Below, in pieces: positions 9,591-19,283 of a stretch of 34,683 bases of DNA. Source of the stretch: an uncultured Bacilli bacterium (GTDB taxonomy: Bacteria; Bacillota_I; Bacilli_A; RF39; UBA660). Made by a program: the position numbers and the translations under genes. The stretch covers positions 1 to 34,683 of the forward strand of contig CALVOQ010000003.1 in the NCBI GenBank assembly GCA_944350335.1, in the 5' to 3' direction. Every line of letters begins with the position of its first letter. Positions within the stretch are counted from its first letter, which is position 1. The notes beneath the pieces were generated by a model, which did not search any database, was not told the origin of the DNA, and saw only the letters and a program-made list of their open reading frames with translations.

Positions 9591-9783
9591 AATTTCACCT
9601 TTACTTACAAGACTATTTTATCAGATGAATGATAATAACTCAACATTCAAACTTTTTTATTAATCAAAAATTGGTAAAAAATGGTAAAATATAAAATAAA
9701 AGTTATTTATTAGCAAATTAGTCATACATATAGTGACTAAATGGGTGGCGGTTTTATGAGAAAATTAAATAGGTGAAGTAGTA

Positions 9784-10026
9784 ATGGTATATATTAAAGA
9801 AAAACCTAAAACTAGAAATATATATACAATAGTTGGAAAAAATATTCAAAAGTTCCGAAAGCAAAGAGGTTTAACTGGTGAAGATTTAGCCGAATTATGT
9901 AATTTGTCTTATGGATATATAAAAAACTTAGAGTCATCAAAAGTACAAGCAACTATATCAATAGAAACATTAAAACTTATTGCTGATAAATTAGAAATAA
10001 AACTTGGAGATTTTTTTGAAGAATAA
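9784..10026 (+). CDS. XRE-family helix-turn-helix regulator
   Basis: GKNIQKFRKQRGLT.EDLAE...LS..YI..LE...SIETL..IA..L; AGGTG RBS. Confidence 0.9.
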   Translation: MVYIKEKPKTRNIYTIVGKNIQKFRKQRGLTGEDLAELCNLSYGYIKNLESSKVQATISIETLKLIADKLEIKLGDFFEE

Positions 10027-10073
10027 TCTCTTTTATTTTGCATAAAATATTTATGTGAAAAAAATATGAAATA

Positions 10074-10100
10074 TTAGCACTCTTTATTGACAAGTGCTAA
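10074..10100 (+). promoter_or_regulatory. CIRCE element (HrcA operator) overlapping the hsp20 promoter
   Basis: TTAGCACTC-N9-AAGTGCTAA, one mismatch to the consensus; contains -35 TTGACA (10087-10092), with TATATT 17 nt downstream. Confidence 0.9.
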
Positions 10101-10138
10101 CAAAAGTAGTATATTTAAAATTGTAAGGAGGGATAAAT

Positions 10139-10525
10139 ATGAGTTTATTGCCAGAAAGATTTTATCTTGATAACTTCTTTAATGATTTTCTAGATGAAAA
10201 AACAACAGCAATGAAATGCGATATCTACGAAAAAGATAACAATTATCACGTTGAAATGGATATCCCTGGTTTTAACAAAGAAGACATTTCAATAGATTTA
10301 AATGATGGTTACCTTACAGTAGAAGCAACTAAAGGCGAAGACAAAGAAGAAAAAGATAAAAATTACATCAGAAGAGAAAGATCTTATGGAAAAATTAAAA
10401 GACAATTTTATGTTGGCAATGTTGACGCAGACAAAACAAAAGCAGAGTTTCATAATGGAACACTAAAAATTATTATTCCAAAGATTACAGAAAAAGAAAC
10501 AAAAAAACTTATCAACATAGACTAA
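10139..10525 (+). CDS. Small heat shock protein (Hsp20/alpha-crystallin)
   Basis: DIYE......DIPG..KEDI, RRER.YG...R.F, A.F.NG.L.I..PK; upstream CIRCE. Confidence 0.95.
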   Translation: MSLLPERFYLDNFFNDFLDEKTTAMKCDIYEKDNNYHVEMDIPGFNKEDISIDLNDGYLTVEATKGEDKEEKDKNYIRRERSYGKIKRQFYVGNVDADKTKAEFHNGTLKIIIPKITEKETKKLINID

Positions 10526-10549
10526 AAAATGCCCGAACAAGGCATTTTT
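10525..10549. terminator. Bidirectional terminator hsp20/trxB
   Basis: AAAAATGCC-CGAACAA-GGCATTTTT between convergent genes. Confidence 0.7.
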
Positions 10550-11438
10550 ATTTATCTAAATATTTAAGTGCTTTAATCGCTGCAATAGTTCCATCGCTCA
10601 CAGCGGTAGTAACTTGTCTTACTTCCTTATCTCTGCAATCACCTGCGACAAAAATTCCTTCAATATTAGTTAATGTTTCGTTACTAAGATAATAATTATT
10701 GTTATTTGTTTCTATATCACATGTTATATTATTTTCTGGAACCATGCCAATAGCCAAAAATATTCCATCAAGCTTTAATAAAGTTTTTTCATTATTAACC
10801 TTTATTACAACACTTTCCAAAGTTTTATTGCCACAATACTCAGTAATAATGCTATTAAAAAGTACTTGGACGTTACTATTCGTCATCACTTTTTCTTTTA
10901 GACTATTTTCACATTTTAACTTGTTTCCACGACATATTAAGTATACTTTCTGGCACAAATTTGAAAGATATATCGCGTTTATCACTGCAGTATTTCCACC
11001 ACCAACGACAGCAACAGTTTTATTTTTATAAAATGAGCCATCACATGTAGTGCAAAAATGTATGCCAAAACCTATTAAATCATTTTCATTTTTTAAACCT
11101 AATAGCCTATGTTTAACACCCGTTGCAATAATTACAGCTTTAGCACTATAGACCGAATTATTAGTCGTTACTTTTTTTATTTTTCCGTTTTCTATAGAAA
11201 TAACTTCATCAATTTCTATATCAACACCTAATTTTTGAACTTGTTCATAAAATAAATCCGATAATTCACTACCACTTATTTGCTCATATCCAGGGTAGTT
11301 TTCTACCAATGGTGATGATGCAATTTGACCGCCTATACCTTCCTTTTCTAAAATTAATGTCTTAGCACCACCACGCGCTAAATAAATGCCAGCGGTTAAT
11401 CCAGCAGGCCCAGCACCGATAACAATTACATCATACAT
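10548..11438 (-). CDS. trxB: Thioredoxin reductase
   Basis: GAGPAG FAD motif, ENYPG, redox CTTCDG, GGGNTA, AGD; start overlaps the nrdD stop. Confidence 0.9.
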   Translation of the reverse strand: MYDVIVIGAGPAGLTAGIYLARGGAKTLILEKEGIGGQIASSPLVENYPGYEQISGSELSDLFYEQVQKLGVDIEIDEVISIENGKIKKVTTNNSVYSAKAVIIATGVKHRLLGLKNENDLIGFGIHFCTTCDGSFYKNKTVAVVGGGNTAVINAIYLSNLCQKVYLICRGNKLKCENSLKEKVMTNSNVQVLFNSIITEYCGNKTLESVVIKVNNEKTLLKLDGIFLAIGMVPENNITCDIETNNNNYYLSNETLTNIEGIFVAGDCRDKEVRQVTTAVSDGTIAAIKALKYLDK

Positions 11439-13773
11439 TACAAACCACTTTTTCGTTAATATACTTTTTGATTTCTGATATATTCTTTATTAATTCAACC
11501 TCTCCATTTTGAGCAATTACTAGACTAGGAGCTTGTTTTATTCCATATCTTTTAGTCAAATCGGCCTCTTTTTCAGCATCAATATACGTATAACTAACTT
11601 TAGCCTCGTCCAAAACTTTTTTTGCCATTTTACAATTAGGACAAGTTTTTGTACCAAACAACATAATTCCGTCTTTAGAATTCCCTACTGAATGCGGTTC
11701 TTTGGAGCAATTTAAATCATAAAGTTTGCGCATCTTGTATTCTTTAGCTTTACCATCATTCCAGTTTTTAACAGGCCTATAATATCCTGTAATTCTACTA
11801 TAAACTTCCGTTTCTTCATCACAAACTGGACACTTAAATATTTCACCTGCAAAATATCCATGTTTTTTACAAACTGAATAAGTTGGACTCAAAGTATAGT
11901 AAGGTAACTTATAATTCTCAGCAATTTTTCTAACTAAATTAGCTGCAGATTTCCAATCAGGAAGTCTTTCGCCCAAAAACGCATGGAAAACTGTACCTGA
12001 AGTATATAATGTTTGTAACTCATCTTGAATATCTAAAGCTTCAAAGATATCGCTTGTAAATCCAACTGGAAGATGTGAACTATTAGTATAATATGGTGTT
12101 TCATCATCCGACGCAGTAATTATATTAGGATATAAAGTCTTATCTTTTTTTGCTAAACGATATGATGTACTTTCAGCAGGAGTTGCCTCCAAATTATACA
12201 AGTCACCATATTCTTCTTGATAATCAGATAATTTTTCTCTCATAAAGTTTAATACATCTTTAGTAAACTTCTGAGCTTTTTCATGTGTCAAATCTTCTTT
12301 TATCCATTTTGCATTTAAACAAGCTTCATTCATTCCAACTAATCCAATAGTAGAGAAATGATTGCTAAATGTACCCAAATATCTTTTTGTATATGGATAT
12401 AATCCTTCTTCTAACAATTTAGAAATTACATTTCTTTTGACTTTCAAACTTCTAGCAGAAATATTCATCATTTTTTCTAATCTATCGTAGAAATCTTTTT
12501 CATCTTTTGCAAGATAAGCAATTCTTGGAATATTGATAGTTACAACACCTATTGATCCAGTTGATTCTCCACTTCCAAAATATCCACCAGATTTTTTACG
12601 CAATTCTCTTAAGTCCAATCTCAACCTACAGCACATACTTCTAACATCACTTGGCTCCATATCGCTGTTGATATAATTTGAAAAATAAGGTGTTCCATAT
12701 TTTGCAGTCATTTCAAATAATAATTTGTTGTTTTCTGTTTCGTTCCAATCAAAATTACTAGTTATAGAATATGTAGGGATAGGATATTGGAAACCTCTAC
12801 CATTCGCATCTCCTTCAATCATTATCTCAATAAATGCCTTGTTAACCATATCCATTTCTTTTTGACAATCTTTATATTTAAAATCAACTTCTTTACCACC
12901 AATTATACAATTTAGTTCTGCTAAATCATTTGGTACTACCCAGTCCAAAGTGATATTTGTAAAAGGTGCTTGAGTCCCCCATCTACTAGGAGTATTAACT
13001 CCATAAACAAATGATTGAATACATTGTTTAACTTCGTTTTGAGTTAAATTATCAATTTTAACAAAAGGCGCTAAATAGGTATCAAAAGAAGAAAATGCTT
13101 GAGCGCCAGCCCATTCGTTCTGCATTATACCTAAAAAGTTTACCATTTGATTACATAAAGTACTCAAATGTTTAGCAGGACTAGATGTGATTTTACCAGA
13201 AACACCACCCAAACCTTCTTGAATTAATTGTTTTAAACTCCACCCCGCACAATAACCTGTTAACATTGATAAATCATGTAAATGTATATCACAATTTCTA
13301 TGTGCATCAGCAACGTCTTTATCATAAACTTCACTTAACCAATAATTAGCTGTAATCGCACCAGAATTACTTAGTATTAATCCACCTACAGAATAAGTAA
13401 CTGTTGAATTCTCTTTAACCCTCCAATCAGTAACATTAAGATAACTATTAACTACATCTTTATAATCGAGAATTGTTGACTGCATTGCGCGCTGTTTCTC
13501 GTGAAGTTTACGATACAAAATATATGCTTTCGCAACATCTGCATATCCAGCTTGTGAAAGAACTCTTTCGGCACTATCTTGTATATCTTCAACATCAATA
13601 ATGTTATCCTTAACTTTACTTTCAAAATCAGCAGTAACTTTCAAAGATAAAAAATCTATAACATTTTCATCATAATTCTTATTCTCAGCTTCAAAAGCTT
13701 TCGTAATAGCATCCCCTATTTTTTTAATATCAAATGATACAATTTTACCATCTCTTTTTCTAACTTTATACAT
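11431..13773 (-). CDS. nrdD: Anaerobic (class III) ribonucleoside-triphosphate reductase with ATP-cone and C-terminal glutaredoxin/NrdH-like domain
   Basis: ATP-cone VRKRDG; finger loop SMCCRL; ATPAES; Zn site CKKHG...CPVC; glycyl radical motif SRITGYY; terminal TCPNC domain. Confidence 0.95.
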   Translation of the reverse strand: MYKVRKRDGKIVSFDIKKIGDAITKAFEAENKNYDENVIDFLSLKVTADFESKVKDNIIDVEDIQDSAERVLSQAGYADVAKAYILYRKLHEKQRAMQSTILDYKDVVNSYLNVTDWRVKENSTVTYSVGGLILSNSGAITANYWLSEVYDKDVADAHRNCDIHLHDLSMLTGYCAGWSLKQLIQEGLGGVSGKITSSPAKHLSTLCNQMVNFLGIMQNEWAGAQAFSSFDTYLAPFVKIDNLTQNEVKQCIQSFVYGVNTPSRWGTQAPFTNITLDWVVPNDLAELNCIIGGKEVDFKYKDCQKEMDMVNKAFIEIMIEGDANGRGFQYPIPTYSITSNFDWNETENNKLLFEMTAKYGTPYFSNYINSDMEPSDVRSMCCRLRLDLRELRKKSGGYFGSGESTGSIGVVTINIPRIAYLAKDEKDFYDRLEKMMNISARSLKVKRNVISKLLEEGLYPYTKRYLGTFSNHFSTIGLVGMNEACLNAKWIKEDLTHEKAQKFTKDVLNFMREKLSDYQEEYGDLYNLEATPAESTSYRLAKKDKTLYPNIITASDDETPYYTNSSHLPVGFTSDIFEALDIQDELQTLYTSGTVFHAFLGERLPDWKSAANLVRKIAENYKLPYYTLSPTYSVCKKHGYFAGEIFKCPVCDEETEVYSRITGYYRPVKNWNDGKAKEYKMRKLYDLNCSKEPHSVGNSKDGIMLFGTKTCPNCKMAKKVLDEAKVSYTYIDAEKEADLTKRYGIKQAPSLVIAQNGEVELIKNISEIKKYINEKVVCNV

Positions 13774-13800
13774 TTATATTTCCTCCCATTCGTATAAAAT

Positions 13801-14484
13801 CTATATTCCTCTAACGATAACATTAGGAAATTTTTTATTTAATTTATTTACTAACTCAATAAGTTCAGATTTATCAAAACCATTTAACTTTTGATTCAAA
13901 ACATTAGAACTATTTTCAAAGTTCTGTATATAATATTTTGCATTTTTACCTAAATACTCACAAATGTTATTCAAAATCTTATAATTATGATATTCTTTAA
14001 CTATTGTTGTTCTAAACTCATAATCAATTCCAGATTTTTTTATATAGTCCACGCTTTCAATTATCTTATTATAATCGATATCAATTCCACTGACTAAGGA
14101 AAAATTTACCTTATCAGCTTTTATATCCATAGCAATATAATCAATCAATTTTTCATCAATAAGTTTTTTAAGAACATTTGGATTGTAACCATTCGTATCC
14201 AATTTAACCTTTAAGCCTAAGTCTTTTATACTTTTTATAAAAAACATTATATCTTTTTGCATCGTAGGCTCTCCACCAGTAATTACAACACCATCTAACA
14301 TTGACTTTCTCTTTTTCAAATAATCCATAACATCAGTTTGAGATATGTTTCCTTTTCCAAAAGTGATTAAATCACTATTATGACAAAATGGACATTTAAA
14401 ATTACAACCTTTAGTAAACACAATACATGCAATATGACCAGGATAATCAGTTAAAGTCAATTTTTCAAAACCACTAATTTCCAT
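13801..14484 (-). CDS. nrdG: Anaerobic RNR activating enzyme (radical SAM)
   Basis: CNFKCPFCHN, ITGGEPT, KLDTNG, EFRTT; adjacent to nrdD; ATG overlaps the upstream stop (TGATG). Confidence 0.93.
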   Translation of the reverse strand: MEISGFEKLTLTDYPGHIACIVFTKGCNFKCPFCHNSDLITFGKGNISQTDVMDYLKKRKSMLDGVVITGGEPTMQKDIMFFIKSIKDLGLKVKLDTNGYNPNVLKKLIDEKLIDYIAMDIKADKVNFSLVSGIDIDYNKIIESVDYIKKSGIDYEFRTTIVKEYHNYKILNNICEYLGKNAKYYIQNFENSSNVLNQKLNGFDKSELIELVNKLNKKFPNVIVRGI

Positions 14485-16436
14485 CACGTCACATCCTTAG
14501 TAATAAACTTTAAAAAACCTACATCACTATCAAATATATTAAAAATAAGTTCTTCTAATTTATTAACTGTCATATTTTTATTTACTTTTATTTCTAAAAT
14601 ACTACCACCACTTACTAATTTTTGAATTTCACCAATTAAACTATAATTGTTTTTAATTTCTGGCAAGTTACTGATTAAATCGTACATACATTTATTTTTA
14701 AGTTCTTTTCTATTTCCATAAATTGACTTATCCAAAGCAATTAATTCTTTAGAAGCCGCACTTTTATAAGGTTCATATAAATAAAAGTTTAATTTAGTTT
14801 CTTCTCTAAAGATCATACATTTTTTATTTAAAAACTTAAGTATACCTTTTAATAATTCATATTGCTTAGTAGAGTCTTTTTCTAATAACTGAACACACTC
14901 ATTTAAGCCAATCAGTCCTATTAATAAATTACCATTTTTAATTATCTTTCTTATTTTTTGTCCTCTTTCTAATCTATCATCACTCATAATATTGTTATTA
15001 AAAACAAATTCATAATTGTCTTTATTCTTATTTCCTATTGTTTCAAAACTTAATAGCAACTCACTTTTAACAATTTCAACAATAAAATCTAATTTATTAT
15101 AAAAATTTTTAATATTATCATTTTCAAACTCTAAACCAAGTCTGGCAAAATTAATATTTGTTAAAGCAACAACCATTCTACCTTCAGAACTACTAACATC
15201 TTCATTATTATTTTCGTAAATACGTACTCCATCTGAGAAATATTCAACCTCATTATTTCCTTTATTATATGAAGTTTTATTATTAGATACCATAACATTT
15301 TTATTATTAATAATTAACGAACATATTTCGCTCATATAACTCGCATTATCTTCATTTAGTTTAAAAATAACTATAACATTATTTAATCTACCTAACTCAT
15401 TTAATACTTCTAGCAATGTCTTATTAATACAATTTCCAATAGAACTATCATTTGTACCAAAACTAAACGAATAAGACTTATTAAACATTGAAAGATCTTC
15501 AAACATTTTCTTTAAATTATAATATAAGTCAGATTTACATTTTTCATAGGCATCTTTATAGGCACTATCAAAAATATTTTCAACTTGTTCAGACAACATA
15601 TAAATTGAATAATTTGACATATCAAACGTTATATCCTTTTCTTTGTTAATTAATTCAATAATTTTCTTCAAATTAATATATTTATCAAAACCTGAGACTT
15701 TTAAATAATTAGATAAATATTCAATATATAACAATTTAAACTTTTTAATAGAATAATTTTCTAATAATTTATCTAACGACGGAACATTGATTTCCCCACT
15801 TATTTCAGTAGATAAATCCTCTAACTTATAAACAACGTTTTCAAAACTATTATTCTCTAAAAAATTATTTAAATTTATATGAGTATTTGATAACCTACCT
15901 AAAGAAAAATCACACATATCGTTAATATAAATATTACCTTCGTCATGCTCCCTTAAAAACTTATTATCTATTATATATGACTTTGTAATTTCATTGACTA
16001 CCATCAAGCCATAATTCTTAACGATATCCTTAATTTTACATGAATTATCATTAAGCAAAATATTATCATCATTTATTTTTTCTATGGCCTTTAAGAACTT
16101 ATGTTGTTGTTTCTGAGTAAAAATTTTTCTACTAGCAGCTCTCTTTTTTCTATATTCACTAAATGCATTGTACACTTCTTTAAAGTTACTTTCTTCCAAT
16201 TTTGATTCAATTATATCCTGTATGTCTTCAACATTTATTGTTTTTCTGTTAGCATAATTTATTTCAATATACTTTAGTACGTTTTCATATATTTTATTAA
16301 TCTTTGTTTCTTCACTATTATCATAAACACTATCAAAGGCATTCTTAATTGCAACAGCAATCTTATAACTATTAAAGTTTACTCTTTGACCACTTCTTTT
16401 TACAACAACAAGTTCATCAAAAACATCTTTTTGCAA
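14484..16436 (-). CDS. ATP-cone-containing degenerate NrdD paralogue (predicted catalytically inactive)
   Basis: Intact ATP-cone VVKRSG...VEDIQD; barrel motifs NINFARLG and IGLIGLNEC; no finger-loop Cys, no Zn site, no glycyl-radical motif; TTG start behind GGAGGTG. Confidence 0.8.
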   Translation of the reverse strand: MQKDVFDELVVVKRSGQRVNFNSYKIAVAIKNAFDSVYDNSEETKINKIYENVLKYIEINYANRKTINVEDIQDIIESKLEESNFKEVYNAFSEYRKKRAASRKIFTQKQQHKFLKAIEKINDDNILLNDNSCKIKDIVKNYGLMVVNEITKSYIIDNKFLREHDEGNIYINDMCDFSLGRLSNTHINLNNFLENNSFENVVYKLEDLSTEISGEINVPSLDKLLENYSIKKFKLLYIEYLSNYLKVSGFDKYINLKKIIELINKEKDITFDMSNYSIYMLSEQVENIFDSAYKDAYEKCKSDLYYNLKKMFEDLSMFNKSYSFSFGTNDSSIGNCINKTLLEVLNELGRLNNVIVIFKLNEDNASYMSEICSLIINNKNVMVSNNKTSYNKGNNEVEYFSDGVRIYENNNEDVSSSEGRMVVALTNINFARLGLEFENDNIKNFYNKLDFIVEIVKSELLLSFETIGNKNKDNYEFVFNNNIMSDDRLERGQKIRKIIKNGNLLIGLIGLNECVQLLEKDSTKQYELLKGILKFLNKKCMIFREETKLNFYLYEPYKSAASKELIALDKSIYGNRKELKNKCMYDLISNLPEIKNNYSLIGEIQKLVSGGSILEIKVNKNMTVNKLEELIFNIFDSDVGFLKFITKDVT

Positions 16437-16464
16437 TTAATCACCTCCTATGTTGACTAGATTA

Positions 16465-16493
16465 ATAGTACTAAATATATATACTTATGTCAA
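16465..16493 (-). promoter_or_regulatory. sigma-A-type promoter of the nrd operon
   Basis: TTGACA-17 nt-TACTAT on the minus strand. Confidence 0.75.
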
Positions 16494-16581
16494 TGTTTTT
16501 TTTATCAAAAAAAACAAAAAAAATTAAAACGTATTTTTTAAAAAAAGGTTTTTTGCCAAAAAAAACATAGTTTTTCAAACA

Positions 16582-16611
16582 AAAAAGTCAATTAAATTAA
16601 ATTGACTTTTT
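16582..16611 (-). terminator. Intrinsic terminator after the acyl-CoA ligase gene
   Basis: AAAAAGTCAAT-8-ATTGACTTTTT inverted repeat. Confidence 0.7.
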
Positions 16612-16637
16612 ACACAACTTTACAGATCATAGAAATT

Positions 16638-18395
16638 TCACTTTTTGTTTTCATCCATCAATTCTGTAAAAGCGACTTTACCTACAAGTGTTCTTGGCAA
16701 TGAATCTCTAAACTCATATTCACTAGGCAAAGAATATTTTGCCAAATTCTTTTTACACAAATCTTTTATCTCGCTCTTTATTTTTTCACTAGGATTAATA
16801 CCTTCTTTTAAAACAATATATGCCTTAGCAACTTGAACCTTATATGGATGATCTATCCCAATAACTGTACAAGTAAGTACATCAGGATGTGAACAAATTA
16901 CATTTTCAATATATGTCGGATAAACATTGTACCCAGAAGAAATAATCATGCGTTTTAACCTTTGCTTGAAATATACAAACCCATCTTCATCCATTGAAGC
17001 AATATCTCCCGTATGAAGCCAAAGAAGTCCATCTTTGTGTTCTCTCAAAGTTTGCATAGTTTCTTTAACATCATTCAAATATCCCATCATAACACTAGGA
17101 CCATGAATACATATTTCACCATCCTCGCCATATGGTACCTCATCATGGGTCCCAATTTTAACAATCTTATAATATGTATCTGGAAAAGGAATTCCAATTG
17201 TTCCATCTCTATATTCGTTTGTAGGAGTCAAACAACTAGCTGCGCTACCTTCAGTTAAGCCATAACCAATTCTCACTTTTGCATTTGAACCGTATTCTTC
17301 TAAAAACCTGTCTATTTTTCGTTTTAATTCAGGTTGCATCATGTCCCCACCAGAAACAACACAAGTCAAACATGCCAAATCATTTTTCTTAATATCTTTA
17401 TTCTTTAATAAACCCTCAAACAAAGTTGGAACTCCAACAATAAAATCGGGTTTATGTTTTTTTATCAAATTTCCAAACTTTTTATAATTAAACTGCGGAA
17501 TTAATATACATTTCATTCCACATATAAGTGGTGTATGAATACAAACACCCAAACCAAAGCCATGAAATATTGGCATAATAGATAAAACAGAATCACCTGC
17601 TTTACTAGGATCAGCCATCAAATGACTTTGAATTGCCAAAGCATTAAAATTATTATTAGATAATAAAATACCTTTAGGTTTTCCCGTAGTTCCACCACTA
17701 TATAAAATTACTGCTGGATCATATTTGCTTCTTTTAACCGAATATTCTTCATTAAACATATATCCAAAATCTATAAAATCTTTCCAAGACATTATATTAT
17801 CTCTATCAAAAGGGATTTTATTTTTTCTACCTTGAATTAACCAATACAACGCAGAAGTAATAATAGGCATATTACCATTTACAGTCATTACTACAATTTT
17901 TTTAATTTTTGTTTTATCCACTATATTTAACAACTTGTCACATGCAATATCTATAGAAAAGATAAAAGTACTATTAGAAATTGTCAAATAATTTAATATT
18001 TCATTTTCAGCAGATAATGGATGAATCAAATTCGCAACTGCACCAACCATATTAATAGCATAAAACATTACTATTGATTGTGGCATATTAGGTGCACAAA
18101 TAGTAACGACATCATTTTCACCAATACCTTGTGCTTTTAATGCCCTAGCAGCTTCATGTATCATACTAACAAACTTAGAATATGTTATTTCCTGCCCAAA
18201 ATATTCAAGCGCGATATAATTAGGATACATTTTAGAAGCATCCTCTACTAGTTCCCACATCATCATATCTGGGTAATTTATATGAGCAGGAACGTCATTA
18301 TAAAACTTTATCCAAGGATTTTTTAATTTTTTTTCCAATTTATTTTCTTTTTTTTCTTCTTTAGTTAGCTTAATTTTTTCTTTCAATCTTTTCAC
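16638..18395 (-). CDS. Long-chain fatty acid--CoA ligase (AMP-binding enzyme)
   Basis: YSGGTTGKPKG, GYGLTE, WLHTGD, R.K.MI..SGYNVYP, LP.T.VGK. Confidence 0.9.
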   Translation of the reverse strand: MKRLKEKIKLTKEEKKENKLEKKLKNPWIKFYNDVPAHINYPDMMMWELVEDASKMYPNYIALEYFGQEITYSKFVSMIHEAARALKAQGIGENDVVTICAPNMPQSIVMFYAINMVGAVANLIHPLSAENEILNYLTISNSTFIFSIDIACDKLLNIVDKTKIKKIVVMTVNGNMPIITSALYWLIQGRKNKIPFDRDNIMSWKDFIDFGYMFNEEYSVKRSKYDPAVILYSGGTTGKPKGILLSNNNFNALAIQSHLMADPSKAGDSVLSIMPIFHGFGLGVCIHTPLICGMKCILIPQFNYKKFGNLIKKHKPDFIVGVPTLFEGLLKNKDIKKNDLACLTCVVSGGDMMQPELKRKIDRFLEEYGSNAKVRIGYGLTEGSAASCLTPTNEYRDGTIGIPFPDTYYKIVKIGTHDEVPYGEDGEICIHGPSVMMGYLNDVKETMQTLREHKDGLLWLHTGDIASMDEDGFVYFKQRLKRMIISSGYNVYPTYIENVICSHPDVLTCTVIGIDHPYKVQVAKAYIVLKEGINPSEKIKSEIKDLCKKNLAKYSLPSEYEFRDSLPRTLVGKVAFTELMDENKK

Positions 18396-19227
18396 TCACT
18401 TTCGTATCTAACAAATAAGGATTTTGTAAAATATACTCGAATAATTTAATAGATTTAACAAAATAAACACCATCAGCTATTCTTTCATCAACATTTACAC
18501 CAAAATCACACACATCTCGAATTTGAACACTTCCGTCTTCCATTACTAGTTGTTCTTTATGAATTTTACCAATAGTCATCAAAATAGAATTTGTACCAAA
18601 ATCAGTCAAATTGTGATAGATAGCACCACAACCAATACTTCCCAAATTAGATAGTATTACTGTACTATGATATATATCATTTTCTATTAAACTATAAGGA
18701 ATTAACCCATGATTATCCAACTTTTTGAGTAACCACATAACAAAAACTCTTAAAAAACGAGGAAGTTTACCTACTAGATTAACTGCATTATCAGTTCCAT
18801 TTTTTGAATCACTTCTCACTTTTTTTACAGTCCCAATAATTTTATTTTTAACTTCACGCAATGTATCATCTTTATCAACACGTATGACATTTAAATACTC
18901 AGGAGAGTCATCCGTAAACTCAACCTTCGCTACAAATGACAAACTAACCTCTTTTCTATCATAAAAGTTTTTGTTTAAAACATACCTATTTAATAACGGT
19001 CTATTGTAAATTACTTTAGAAATTGCAGTAGAAAAAACATGAAAAAAAGTTAAATCTTCTTCATCTTTTCTCCTCTTATTTACATACTTTACCAATTCTG
19101 TAACATCAATTTTCTGATTAATATAAACATCTGAATCTGCTCTTAAAGGCTTTATGTCACACATAATCATGTGCACACCATCCATATTACGAACTCTTAC
19201 AGCATCTTTTCTATCTCTAAAACTCAA
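18370..19227 (-). CDS. Stand-alone 2-oxoacid dehydrogenase E2-type acyltransferase domain protein
   Basis: P.LNR, SNLGSIG, DERIADG (canonical DHR..DG); no lipoyl domain; TTG 19227 behind GGAGG. Confidence 0.8.
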   Translation of the reverse strand: MSFRDRKDAVRVRNMDGVHMIMCDIKPLRADSDVYINQKIDVTELVKYVNKRRKDEEDLTFFHVFSTAISKVIYNRPLLNRYVLNKNFYDRKEVSLSFVAKVEFTDDSPEYLNVIRVDKDDTLREVKNKIIGTVKKVRSDSKNGTDNAVNLVGKLPRFLRVFVMWLLKKLDNHGLIPYSLIENDIYHSTVILSNLGSIGCGAIYHNLTDFGTNSILMTIGKIHKEQLVMEDGSVQIRDVCDFGVNVDERIADGVYFVKSIKLFEYILQNPYLLDTKVSEKIERKN

Positions 19228-19283
19228 AATAATTACCTCCAACTATTAATTATTATATTAAAAAAAGATCTTTTTTTCAACTT

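Noticed and set aside
16455-16485. NrdR box upstream of the nrd operon
   Set aside because: GTACTAAATATATATA resembles the box but misses the conserved G, and no second box is evident; too weak in such AT-rich DNA.
16495-16580. Long A/T homopolymer runs as phase-variation or origin signal
   Set aside because: Non-coding, upstream of the -35, and common at this base composition; no DnaA-box cluster seen.
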